Assembly (NCBI GenBank): GCA_030753015.1
Contig: JASMDC010000002.1
Location: 32,001-96,000, forward strand
Direction of reading: 5' to 3'
Source of the DNA: Candidatus Undinarchaeales archaeon
Lineage (GTDB): Archaea > SpSt-1190 > JASMDC01
DNA: 64,000 nucleotides
Both the position numbers and the translations under genes were made by a program. This document shows, one piece after another, positions 19,330 to 28,240 of the stretch (position 1 is its first letter; every line of letters starts with the position of its first letter). The notes beneath the pieces are model-generated. The model made no database searches, was not told where the DNA came from, and worked only from the letters and a program-made list of their open reading frames with translations.

Positions 19330-20397
19330 GTGATCCTTAACGAGGGGCATTCCGTTGGGCTCGAGAAGGAGTTCTACGTCGTCGGCGCCGACAACAACAC
19401 TTACGAACAGGCCATCGTGAAGGACAGCGTAATCCCCCGCATGAAGGCGGAGCTGGGAGCCTACGACGAGTCCTGGGGTCCAAAGTGCTACATCGACGTC
19501 ACGGGTCCCCTTGAGGTCGTCACACGGCCTTGCTCGGACCTGCGCCAGCTCTCCGATGATATTACCACGGCCTACCGCATCGCGCAGGAGGAATCCGACG
19601 ACCGAGGCCTCTACACACTGGGTATGGGCTCACGTCCAGGCAAGCCCAGCGACCAGGCAGGGCTCCACGTGCACGTGGGCTTCAAGGACGAGGCCGAGGC
19701 CGAGTACGTGTTCAACGAGCTACAGAAGCACGTACCGGACATCATGGCCCTTTCGGCCAACTCACCGTCGCGGTTCGGAGGGGTTAAGGACACGCGAGCG
19801 AGTGGCGGGTACTACGGTCACAAGTTCTCTCCGTACTCTGACACGGGCCGCACCTCGGTCATCTACAAGCGTAGCAACACCCTGGAGGTGCGGTGCATGG
19901 ACTCCCAGGGGACGCCGGAGGAGGACGTGGCCATCGCCGCGTACATATTCGGTATCGCCGAGAAGGCCAAGGAGGACCACGCTAACGGTGTCGAACAGGA
20001 TACTGTCGGGAATGAGGGGCCCAAGAACTTCAAGCACGCTGTCAAGAAGGGCATGGAGGCCACCTTCAAGATCGATGACGAGAAGGTCCCGGCGTACCGC
20101 GTGGTCGAGGACACCTTCGTCGACATCCGCCACTACCTGGAGCGGTACGACTGCCCCGATGAGGTCATGGACGTCCTTGAGGGGAAGGTCAAGGAACGTC
20201 GCTCGGGGGCTGACGACATCCTGGACATCTACCACGAGACCGGCTATAGCAGCATATGGACCGGGATTAAGGACTTCTTCACGCTTCACCGGGGCCACGA
20301 CGAACTCTACGATCGGCTCGCACATAGAGGGCGTAGCGATGACGAGACCACCGTCGATGTCCCAGATGCAGACCTGCTACTCGCAAGAGCCGCATAA
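19330..20397 (+). CDS. Carboxylate-amine ligase, glutamate--cysteine ligase family 2 (GCS2/YbdK fold), paralog 1
   Basis: GLEKEF, LEVVTRPC, GLHVHVG, ALSANSP, LEVRCMD and RSGAD motifs. Confidence 0.88.
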   Translation: MILNEGHSVGLEKEFYVVGADNNTYEQAIVKDSVIPRMKAELGAYDESWGPKCYIDVTGPLEVVTRPCSDLRQLSDDITTAYRIAQEESDDRGLYTLGMGSRPGKPSDQAGLHVHVGFKDEAEAEYVFNELQKHVPDIMALSANSPSRFGGVKDTRASGGYYGHKFSPYSDTGRTSVIYKRSNTLEVRCMDSQGTPEEDVAIAAYIFGIAEKAKEDHANGVEQDTVGNEGPKNFKHAVKKGMEATFKIDDEKVPAYRVVEDTFVDIRHYLERYDCPDEVMDVLEGKVKERRSGADDILDIYHETGYSSIWTGIKDFFTLHRGHDELYDRLAHRGRSDDETTVDVPDADLLLARAA

Positions 20398-20455
20398 TAC
20401 GGCCCATTGTTGCGTTCTATTGTAGTATGGAATGGACTATTTCGCGACCGTTATA

Positions 20456-20470
20456 AGAAATGTATAAATA
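20456..20470 (+). promoter_or_regulatory. BRE-TATA promoter of GCS2 paralog 2
   Basis: AGAAAT-GTATAAATA upstream of ATG 20504. Confidence 0.65.
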
Positions 20471-20503
20471 CCACATCGTGCGCCGCCCCCGCACAGTAAC
20501 GAC

Positions 20504-21625
20504 ATGACAATCGTCAACGAAGGTCATTCGGTTGGGCTCGAGAAAGAGTTCTATGTTGTGGACGGGAGCAACCAGACCTACCAACAGTACACTATCGATA
20601 CAATCGTCAAGGAACGGATGCAAAATGAGATGAAAGCATACGATTCCGATGTAGGACCCAAGTGCTATGTCGATGCATCCGGTCCGTTTGAGATCACGAC
20701 CCGTCCGTGTACAGACCTTCAGCAACTTTCCGATGATATCACAACGACCTACAGGTTCGCCAAAGAAGAGTCGGAGAAACAAGGTCTCTATGCTCTCGGA
20801 ATGGGCGGACGGCCCGGAGCTCCAGACGATGCGGCAGGGCTGCACGTGCATGTCGGTTATGCGAATGAGGGCGAAGCCGACTACGTGTTCCACGAGCTCC
20901 AGAAGCACGTACCGGACATCATCGCGCTCTCGGCCAACTCACCGTCACGGGACGGGATGGTCAAATGCCTGCGGCAGTACGGCAATCCGATAAAGCACCT
21001 CTTCGACTTCCTGGGTGCAGGAGATACGCTCTTCTACGGTCATACGTTCTCACCGTTCGAGAAGACGGGCCGTTCCTCTGTCATCTACAAACGGGACGAC
21101 TCGAACACCGTCGAGGTCCGCTGCATGGACACCCAGGGAACCCCCGAGGAGGACACGGCCGTCGCAGCCTACATTTTCGGCATCGCCGAGAAGGCGAAAG
21201 AGGACTTCAATAACGGTGTTGAACAGGTGGGTATCGGTAAAGAGGAGAAACGCAACTTCAAGCGTGCGGTCCGTAAGGGGATGGAGGCGACCTTCAGAGT
21301 GGATGGGAAGAAGGTGCCAGTATCCCAGGTCGTCGCAGCGACACTCAAGGAGATCCAACCTTACCTGGAGCAGTACGATTGTCCTGATGAGGTCATCGAT
21401 GTGCTCAATGAGCGCGTCGCAACCAAACGCTGCGGTGCTGATGACATAATGGACATCTATCGCGAGGAGGGGGTCGGCGGCTTCTGGGGCAGTCTCACAA
21501 GACCGTTCCTTCTCTCGTCCAAGCGGGAAAGGCTCATCAAGCATCTCGGCTACCGCGACCGGTTCGAGGAAGAGCAGGAAAGACAAGATGATGATCCCTC
21601 TTCCATGGTAGCTTCTCCGACGTAA
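20504..21625 (+). CDS. GCS2-family carboxylate-amine ligase, paralog 2
   Basis: Same motif set: GLEKEF, GLHVHVG, ALSANSP, VEVRCMD. Confidence 0.88.
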   Translation: MTIVNEGHSVGLEKEFYVVDGSNQTYQQYTIDTIVKERMQNEMKAYDSDVGPKCYVDASGPFEITTRPCTDLQQLSDDITTTYRFAKEESEKQGLYALGMGGRPGAPDDAAGLHVHVGYANEGEADYVFHELQKHVPDIIALSANSPSRDGMVKCLRQYGNPIKHLFDFLGAGDTLFYGHTFSPFEKTGRSSVIYKRDDSNTVEVRCMDTQGTPEEDTAVAAYIFGIAEKAKEDFNNGVEQVGIGKEEKRNFKRAVRKGMEATFRVDGKKVPVSQVVAATLKEIQPYLEQYDCPDEVIDVLNERVATKRCGADDIMDIYREEGVGGFWGSLTRPFLLSSKRERLIKHLGYRDRFEEEQERQDDDPSSMVASPT

Positions 21626-21654
21626 AGGACGTCCGCTGCCCTTTTTTCGTAATG

Positions 21655-21688
21655 TTTATATAGGACCGGGCCCGCAACCACTTGCGGG
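21655..21688 (+). promoter_or_regulatory. TATA box plus CCCGCAA-N4-TTGCGGG palindrome, GCS2 paralog 3
   Basis: TTTATATA at 21655-62; inverted repeat at 21671-88. Confidence 0.55.
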
Positions 21689-21711
21689 TAACAACAGGGG
21701 AAACGGGTACT

Positions 21712-22833
21712 ATGGAGGATTTCCTAGAAACAGGCCATAGTGTAGGTCTTGAAAAGGAGTTCTACGTCGTCGACGGGAACAACGGGATGACCAACGACAC
21801 CTACAATCTGGTGCACGACATCGGCGATCGTATGGAAAAAGAACTGGGGGCCTATGACAGCAACTGGGGCCCGAAGTGCTATGAGGACCTCTCCGGCCCT
21901 CTGGAGGTCACCACCCGCCCCTGCAAGGATTTGCGCCAGCTGACCAAGGACATCACGACGTCATATAAGATCGCCCAGGAGGAAGCAGAGAATAACGGCC
22001 TCTACGCTCTGGGGATGGGAAATCGACCAGGCAAGAACGACGACCATGCGGGACTTCACGTTCATGTGGGATTCAAGGACGAGGGGGAGGCGGAGTACGT
22101 GTTCCACGCTCTTCAGAAGCATGTCCCCGACATCATGGCGCTGTCCGCGAACTCGCCCACCAACTATGGCGCTTTCAAGGACATACGCCAGGTCGGTGGC
22201 CTCTTCACACAGCTGGTAGAGAACGTGCTCGCGGTGCCCACCCTCTGGGGGCACAATTTCAGCAAGTACGGCCATACGAGCCGCCGCTCTGTCATCTACA
22301 TGCGGGAAAACACCGTAGAAGTGCGGTGCATGGACTCGCAGGGATCGGGGGAAGAGGACGCGGCCATCGGCGCTTACATATTCGGTATCGCCGAGAAAGC
22401 CAAGGATGACTACGCCAACGGTGTCCCTATGGCGGAGGTCGGACGCTGGGAAGAGAAGAACTTCACACGCTCTCTTGTCAAGGGCATGGAAGCGACCTTC
22501 AAGGTAGACGGCGAGAAGGTCAAGGCCTATCAGGTCGTGGACGACACTTTCGAGGAGATCATGCCGTTTCTCAAGCAGTACAAGTGCCCCAAGAAGGTCC
22601 TCGACGTGCTCGAATCCAAGATAGAAGGCCGGCGCTCTGGCGCGGACGACATCCTCGATATCTACAGGGAGGAGCTCCCTCAGGGCTTCCTGGCGCGGCT
22701 CATCGCTCCATTCAGGCGAAAGGAAGGCCAGAAGGAACAGCTCATCAAACACCTTGCATACCGCGACGAGTTTAAGGAAGAGGTTGAGCTCGAGGATGCT
22801 TTGCCGTGGCAGCCTATGCTCGCAGCAGCATGA
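21712..22833 (+). CDS. GCS2-family carboxylate-amine ligase, paralog 3
   Basis: Same motif set; start MEDFLETGHSVG chosen by alignment with the paralogs. Confidence 0.88.
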   Translation: MEDFLETGHSVGLEKEFYVVDGNNGMTNDTYNLVHDIGDRMEKELGAYDSNWGPKCYEDLSGPLEVTTRPCKDLRQLTKDITTSYKIAQEEAENNGLYALGMGNRPGKNDDHAGLHVHVGFKDEGEAEYVFHALQKHVPDIMALSANSPTNYGAFKDIRQVGGLFTQLVENVLAVPTLWGHNFSKYGHTSRRSVIYMRENTVEVRCMDSQGSGEEDAAIGAYIFGIAEKAKDDYANGVPMAEVGRWEEKNFTRSLVKGMEATFKVDGEKVKAYQVVDDTFEEIMPFLKQYKCPKKVLDVLESKIEGRRSGADDILDIYREELPQGFLARLIAPFRRKEGQKEQLIKHLAYRDEFKEEVELEDALPWQPMLAAA

Positions 22834-22892
22834 TCGGACCTCTCGAACGGTCGTTCCGAATCCTTCCGTCAACTGTTGGCTGAAACCGCACA

Positions 22893-22914
22893 CCGCAAAC
22901 GCAACGTTTATATA
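22893..22914 (+). promoter_or_regulatory. Promoter of the GCS2 paralog 4-5-6 operon
   Basis: CCGCAAACGCAACG-TTTATATA upstream of ATG 22948. Confidence 0.6.
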
Positions 22915-22947
22915 GAGGCCAGAGCAGCACCACTCACCAGTAGCAAC

Positions 22948-24012
22948 ATGGAGATCGTGAACGAGGGTCACTCGGTAGGGCTCGAGAAGGAGTTCTACAT
23001 TGTGAACCACGGAAGCAACGGTAATCTTCACCTTGGGGCAGAGATGGGTATCGCATCCGGTATCGGGAACAGAATGCGTGAGGAGTTGGGTGCCTACGAT
23101 GACGAGGTAGGTCCCAAAGCTTACCTCGATGCATCCGGTCCCATGGAGGTCGTTACCCGTCCCTGCTCGGACCTTCACCAGCTCACAAATGATATCACGA
23201 CCGCCTACGACATCGCCCAGGAAGTAGTGGAAGCGCATGGTAAGTACGCCCTGGGGATGGGGACGCGACCTGGGGCGCCGGACGATAAGGCCGGGCTCCA
23301 CGTTCATGTGGGCTACGGCGACGAGGCAGAGGCGGAATACGTCTTCACCGTGCTCAAGCATCACGTGCCCGAGATCATGGCACTATCAGCGAACTCGCCC
23401 AACAAGGACGGCACTATCAAGGATATGCGTGCCGCCAACCGTTCGTACGGCCAACGCTATTCCCCCTTCAGTACGACCAGCAACGAATCCGTCATCAAGA
23501 AGCGTGACAATACCCTGGAGGTGCGGTGCATGGACACCCAGGGGACAGCAGAAGAGGACGCAGCGATCGCTGCATACATCCTAGGCATCGCCGAGAAGGC
23601 CAAGATCGATTACGCCAACGGAGAGGGCGTCTCGGACCGGTTCGGCGACGAAATCAAGAACCATGAGCAGGCGATAAAGGACGGTATGGCCGCGACGTTT
23701 ACGTACGGTGACGAGACGCGGTCGGTACAGGAAGTGGCCCAGGACACATTCGTCGCTATCCTTCCCTACCTTCGTCAATACGATTGTCCTGACGAAGTGG
23801 TGGGCATATTGGCTGACAAGATCGTCCGCGGACGCTCGGGTGCCGATGATATCCTAGACATCTACGCCGAGCACCGATCCCACGGCTTCATGCAAACACT
23901 TGCATCTCCTTTCACGTTCTGGAGCAGGAGGAAAGCGCTCTACAACGACCTTGCTCATCAGCGTGAGTGGAAGGCGCAGGAACGCGAGCGGGCGGACAGC
24001 GGAGGTGCCTGA
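22948..24012 (+). CDS. GCS2-family carboxylate-amine ligase, paralog 4
   Basis: Same motif set; start MEIVNEGHSVG. Confidence 0.88.
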   Translation: MEIVNEGHSVGLEKEFYIVNHGSNGNLHLGAEMGIASGIGNRMREELGAYDDEVGPKAYLDASGPMEVVTRPCSDLHQLTNDITTAYDIAQEVVEAHGKYALGMGTRPGAPDDKAGLHVHVGYGDEAEAEYVFTVLKHHVPEIMALSANSPNKDGTIKDMRAANRSYGQRYSPFSTTSNESVIKKRDNTLEVRCMDTQGTAEEDAAIAAYILGIAEKAKIDYANGEGVSDRFGDEIKNHEQAIKDGMAATFTYGDETRSVQEVAQDTFVAILPYLRQYDCPDEVVGILADKIVRGRSGADDILDIYAEHRSHGFMQTLASPFTFWSRRKALYNDLAHQREWKAQERERADSGGA

Positions 24013-24015
24013 GAG

Positions 24016-25065
24016 ATGATCTCCGAAATCCTCAACGACGGCCATTCGGTGGGGCTGGAGAAGGAGTTCTACGTGGTGAACGGCCATGGTAGCAATCGCA
24101 GAGGCTACGAGATCGTCCCGGCCGTCGAGGAGCGCATGCGCGAGGAAATGGGCGTCTACGACTCGGTCGTCGGCCCGAAAGCATATAACGATCCCACCGG
24201 TCCTGTTGAAGTTACCACTCGTCCCTGCACGGACCTGCAACAGCTCACCGACGATGTCACGACCGCCTACCGCATCGCGCAGGAGGAGGCTGACGCACGT
24301 GGCTGGTACGCCCTCGGGATGGGCACCCGTCCTGGAAAGCCCTACGACATGGCAGGACTGCACGTCCACATCGGTTTCGCCGACAAGGAGGAGGCCCGCT
24401 ACGTGTTCCACGCACTCCAGGCGCACGTTCCGGACATCATGGCACTGTCGACCAATTCTCCATCGAATGATGGCAAGGTCAAGGACATACGCATGGACGC
24501 ACGCGGCCTAGATGGCCTCTTCATGATCAGGTTCGGTCACCAGTTCGATCCGTTCGAAGACACATCACGCGACTCGGTCATCTACGTACGCGAGAACACC
24601 CTGGAGCTGAGATGCATGGATAGCCAGGGGAGCGCCGTGGAGGACGCAGCCATCGCCGCCTACATCCTCGGTATCGCCGAGAAGGCCAAGGAGGACTATA
24701 CCAACAATGCCTCCATACCGGACGTGCCAGCAGAAGGGCCCGAGAACTTCCAGAAGGCCATCGAGGACGGGATGACCGCGACGTTCACCCACGGGGGCAC
24801 GGAGATCCCTGCGCACCAGGTCGTGGCCGATACGCTCGCTGAGGTCAGACCATACCTGGAGCAATATAATTGCCCTGAGAGCGTCATAGCCTCTCTGGAG
24901 GACAAGGTCGAGAACAAGCGGTCCGGAGCCGACGATATCCTCGACATCTACCAGGAGACGGCACCCAAAGGATTCAAGGAGCGTGTTGGCGCGTTCTTCC
25001 ACCCGTGGCGCACGAAGGAGCGGCTCATCGACCGGCTCTCCCATCGGGACGGCGGGGGGTGCTGA
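24016..25065 (+). CDS. GCS2-family carboxylate-amine ligase, paralog 5
   Basis: GLEKEF, GLHVHIG, ALSTNSP and LELRCMD; 3 nt after the paralog 4 stop. Confidence 0.88.
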   Translation: MISEILNDGHSVGLEKEFYVVNGHGSNRRGYEIVPAVEERMREEMGVYDSVVGPKAYNDPTGPVEVTTRPCTDLQQLTDDVTTAYRIAQEEADARGWYALGMGTRPGKPYDMAGLHVHIGFADKEEARYVFHALQAHVPDIMALSTNSPSNDGKVKDIRMDARGLDGLFMIRFGHQFDPFEDTSRDSVIYVRENTLELRCMDSQGSAVEDAAIAAYILGIAEKAKEDYTNNASIPDVPAEGPENFQKAIEDGMTATFTHGGTEIPAHQVVADTLAEVRPYLEQYNCPESVIASLEDKVENKRSGADDILDIYQETAPKGFKERVGAFFHPWRTKERLIDRLSHRDGGGC

Positions 25066-25069
25066 GAGA

Positions 25070-26140
25070 ATGGCCGAGATCCTTAACGAAGGCCACTCGG
25101 TGGGGCTGGAAAAGGAGTTCTACGTCGTTGATGGTACGGGGAGCACGTACCGTCAGTCGATCCTCGAGGGCCACATCGTGGACAGGATGCAGGCGGAGAT
25201 GGACGCCTACGACGTCAGTGTCGGCCCCAAGTGCTACGAGGACGGTTCGGGTCCACTGGAGGTCGTTACACGGCCCTGCACGAATCTACAACAGCTCACC
25301 GACGACGTCACCACGGCCTACCGCATCGCCCAAGAGGAGGCCGATACTCTCAACTGCTACGCCCTGGGAATGGGTATCCGTCCCGGCCAGTCTAAAGATA
25401 AAGCAGGCCTTCATGTCCACGTCGGATATGCCGATGAGGGGGAGGCGCGTCATGTCTTCTACACGCTCCAGCGCCATGTACCGGACATCCTGGCGCTCTC
25501 GGCCAACTCCCCGATCCGGAGCGGGAAGGTCAAGGACGTCCGTCTGGTCAAGGGCTCTTACGGCCACGAGATCTCGCCCTACTCTAGCACATCCAACAGT
25601 TCTGTGATCCAGAAGCGATCCGGGACCATCGAGGTGCGGTGCATGGACAGCCAGGGATCGGGCGAGGAGGACGCGGCCATCGCCGCGTACATATTCGGGA
25701 TCGCCGAGAAGGCCAAGGATGAGTACCATGGACTCGACGAGGTACCTCCCGAGGCGGATGTCATGTACGATGTCAGCAGCTCGTACGAGGTATTGCAGAA
25801 AGAGCTGGTGAAGAACAGGGACAGGGCCATCAAGCAGGGCATGACAGCCGTTTTCAAGACTGACGGTGAAGAGGTGCCAGCGTATCAGGTAGCAGCCGAC
25901 ACCCTTGAGGCGATCAAACCTTTCCTTGAACGCTACGACTGTCCCGCGGACGTCCTTGCCATCCTTGAGGACAAGGTGGAGCGCCGTCGATCGGGAGCGG
26001 ACGACGTGCTGGACATCTACCGCGAAGTAGAGCAAGAGAAGGGACTGGACACGTGGTGGCAGGGAGTGAAGCGGTTCTTCCGCAAAGACGACGGCCTGTT
26101 CGGGCCCGACCTGTACGACCGCATCGCTCACCGCGATTAG
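25070..26140 (+). CDS. GCS2-family carboxylate-amine ligase, paralog 6
   Basis: Same motif set; start MAEILNEGHSVG, 4 nt after the paralog 5 stop. Confidence 0.88.
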   Translation: MAEILNEGHSVGLEKEFYVVDGTGSTYRQSILEGHIVDRMQAEMDAYDVSVGPKCYEDGSGPLEVVTRPCTNLQQLTDDVTTAYRIAQEEADTLNCYALGMGIRPGQSKDKAGLHVHVGYADEGEARHVFYTLQRHVPDILALSANSPIRSGKVKDVRLVKGSYGHEISPYSSTSNSSVIQKRSGTIEVRCMDSQGSGEEDAAIAAYIFGIAEKAKDEYHGLDEVPPEADVMYDVSSSYEVLQKELVKNRDRAIKQGMTAVFKTDGEEVPAYQVAADTLEAIKPFLERYDCPADVLAILEDKVERRRSGADDVLDIYREVEQEKGLDTWWQGVKRFFRKDDGLFGPDLYDRIAHRD

Positions 26141-26163
26141 GTACCTTTCACACCCTCGCTTGC

Positions 26164-26186
26164 CCGCAAGGGAACGTTTATTAAGC
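26164..26186 (+). promoter_or_regulatory. Promoter of nitrilase-fold gene 1
   Basis: CCGCAAGGGAACGTTTATTAAGC; near-identical copy at 27020-27042. Confidence 0.65.
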
Positions 26187-26223
26187 ATCCCTAAGATGTC
26201 GTGGATTAGGAGCGTAGTGATCG

Positions 26224-26982
26224 ATGTACGAGCTCGAGCCTGGTGATGAACGGCCAGACCACATCACGGTAGGCCTCATCGATGCCGATGTCCCGTTCAC
26301 CAGCAGCGATACCCGGGATGAGACCGTCATGGACCACTATCAGGATGCCATCGGAGCGGCCTTGGAGGCCGAGCCCGACATCCTTGTTGGTGCTGAGTAC
26401 GTATTCTTCCCCTATCAGCCACTCACCCGCGAGGAGCGGGACGAACGGTTCAACGTGATGCGTCAGCTATCGACGGAGCATCCGGACACCCTTCTCATGC
26501 CCGGTACCTACATCTGGCAGGAGCAGGGACATCTGCACAATACACTACCTGTGTTCCACAGGGGTGAGCTGGTGTTCACCTATGAGAAGCAGAATCCGGC
26601 TAATGCCGAGCGCTGGATGGAGAGCGACCATAACTTGGCATACACTGCCGAGAAGAGCGAGGGAGTTCTCGAGTACCAGGGCCTTTCCGTGGGGATGGAG
26701 ATCTGCTACGACCATACGGCACACACACTGCGGGACAAGGGTGTCAGGGACCTCGATCTTCAGGTGTTGGTAGCCAACGGCAAGGATTTCATCGACACGG
26801 CCACCATGGTAAGAGAAGGAGGGTACCATCTTCGCGTCGATGGCAGCGACAGCTCTTCGTACGATAGCGTCGAAGTGCACAAGTGTGTCGGTCCTTACAA
26901 GTACACGACCGTCGGACCTGAACGTATGAGCGAGCTCCCTCATGACATGAAGCTCAACCTCTACGAGCTGGACATGGCGTGA
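26224..26982 (+). CDS. Carbon-nitrogen hydrolase (nitrilase superfamily), copy 1
   Basis: Glu-Lys-Cys triad: VGAEY, YEKQ, MEICYDH; also LHNT. Confidence 0.82.
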   Translation: MYELEPGDERPDHITVGLIDADVPFTSSDTRDETVMDHYQDAIGAALEAEPDILVGAEYVFFPYQPLTREERDERFNVMRQLSTEHPDTLLMPGTYIWQEQGHLHNTLPVFHRGELVFTYEKQNPANAERWMESDHNLAYTAEKSEGVLEYQGLSVGMEICYDHTAHTLRDKGVRDLDLQVLVANGKDFIDTATMVREGGYHLRVDGSDSSSYDSVEVHKCVGPYKYTTVGPERMSELPHDMKLNLYELDMA

Positions 26983-27019
26983 TATGCGCCAGGTCCCCCC
27001 GATAGCACGGGCTAACGGT

Positions 27020-27042
27020 CCGCAAGGGAAGGTTTATCAAGC
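27020..27042 (+). promoter_or_regulatory. Promoter of nitrilase-fold gene 2
   Basis: CCGCAAGGGAAGGTTTATCAAGC. Confidence 0.65.
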
Positions 27043-27080
27043 GGACGTTGCGGCCCGTTCGTTGGAGGACGTGACGGACA

Positions 27081-27902
27081 GTGTACTCACTTGAAGATAC
27101 GACGAGCAATGATCGACCTGACCACATCACCGTCGGGCTCATCCAGGGCGACGTACCGTTCGACCGCTACAGTCCACGCGACGAGTCCTTCATGGACGCG
27201 TACCAGGACACGATCTCCACGGCCCTGGAGGCCAATCCGGACGTCCTCGTAGGCTCCGAGTACTCCTTCTTCCCCCACGTACCCCTCACTCGCGAGGAGA
27301 AGGACGAGCGACTTGAGCAGATGCGCGAGATCTCAGAGGAACACCCTGACACCCTCCTCCTACCGGGCACCTACCTCTGGCAGGAGGGCGGCAAGCTCCA
27401 CAATACCCTCCCCGTGTTCCACAAGGGCGAGATTGTCTACTCCTACGACAAGCAGAACTCGGCGAACGGGGAGAACTGGGTCGCCGAGCAGCATGGTCTT
27501 GAATATGAGGCGGAGAAGAGCCGCGGTGTGTTCGAGCACCGGGGGCTCTCCATGGGGCTGGAGATCTGCTACGATCACTCGTGCTACGAACTGTCGGGCA
27601 AGGATGTCGAGGACCTGGACCTGCAGTTCCTGGTAGCGAACGGGAAGAACTTCATCGAGAGCGCTGCAGTGGTCAGGTCCGGTGGCTACCACGTCCGCTG
27701 TGATGGCGACGAGGACGGGTACGGTGGCGTTGAGGTGAACCGGCGGGTCGGCAGCGATGAGTTCGACGAGGTGTCCACCGGGCAGGAACGTGACCTTCCC
27801 AACGACATGAAGCTGGACCTGTACGACCTGGACATGCGGCGGCCCGGATCCGGCGAGGATGGCTTCTCCGTGGCTGGTTTTATCTCCCGCATTCTCCACT
27901 GA
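27081..27902 (+). CDS. Carbon-nitrogen hydrolase (nitrilase superfamily), copy 2
   Basis: VGSEY, YDKQ and LEICYDH; clear paralog of copy 1, with an extra C-terminal tail. Confidence 0.82.
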   Translation: MYSLEDTTSNDRPDHITVGLIQGDVPFDRYSPRDESFMDAYQDTISTALEANPDVLVGSEYSFFPHVPLTREEKDERLEQMREISEEHPDTLLLPGTYLWQEGGKLHNTLPVFHKGEIVYSYDKQNSANGENWVAEQHGLEYEAEKSRGVFEHRGLSMGLEICYDHSCYELSGKDVEDLDLQFLVANGKNFIESAAVVRSGGYHVRCDGDEDGYGGVEVNRRVGSDEFDEVSTGQERDLPNDMKLDLYDLDMRRPGSGEDGFSVAGFISRILH

Positions 27903-27949
27903 GCTGCCCGGCCCCAAGCCTTTTATTGTTGCTTTGTCCTACTATTTCG

Positions 27950-28234
27950 ATGGTCACACTGCACCGTATCATAGGCCTGATGCTTCTCCTCGCCCTTGTA
28001 GCGGGGTGCCTCTCATCCGGACCTTCCGGAGGGGCCTCCACAACGAACCTCCCATCATACTACCAGCAGCTTGCGGACCAATGCAAGGGCTCCAGCTGTT
28101 GCCTGTCCTCCGTTGATTCGATGTACAGGATGAACGCGACCCTATCTCCGCCCAACGGGTGTCCCCCGGGCACACAGGGGAACATGCTCAGATGTGAGGA
28201 CTCATATAAATGGTGCGAACCTGCGGCCCCGTAA
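27950..28234 (+). CDS. Small Cys-rich putative lipoprotein
   Basis: Hydrophobic signal ending in LVAG-C, six further Cys (C-x4-CC...C...C...WC), and TTTTATT about 25 nt upstream. Confidence 0.7.
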   Translation: MVTLHRIIGLMLLLALVAGCLSSGPSGGASTTNLPSYYQQLADQCKGSSCCLSSVDSMYRMNATLSPPNGCPPGTQGNMLRCEDSYKWCEPAAP

Positions 28235-28240
28235 GGGGAG

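Noticed and set aside
19511-26188. Long alternative-frame and antisense ORFs over the ligase array (such as 21961-23364 minus, 467 aa)
   Set aside because: These are expected by-products of strong GC3 codon bias and show no recognisable motifs.
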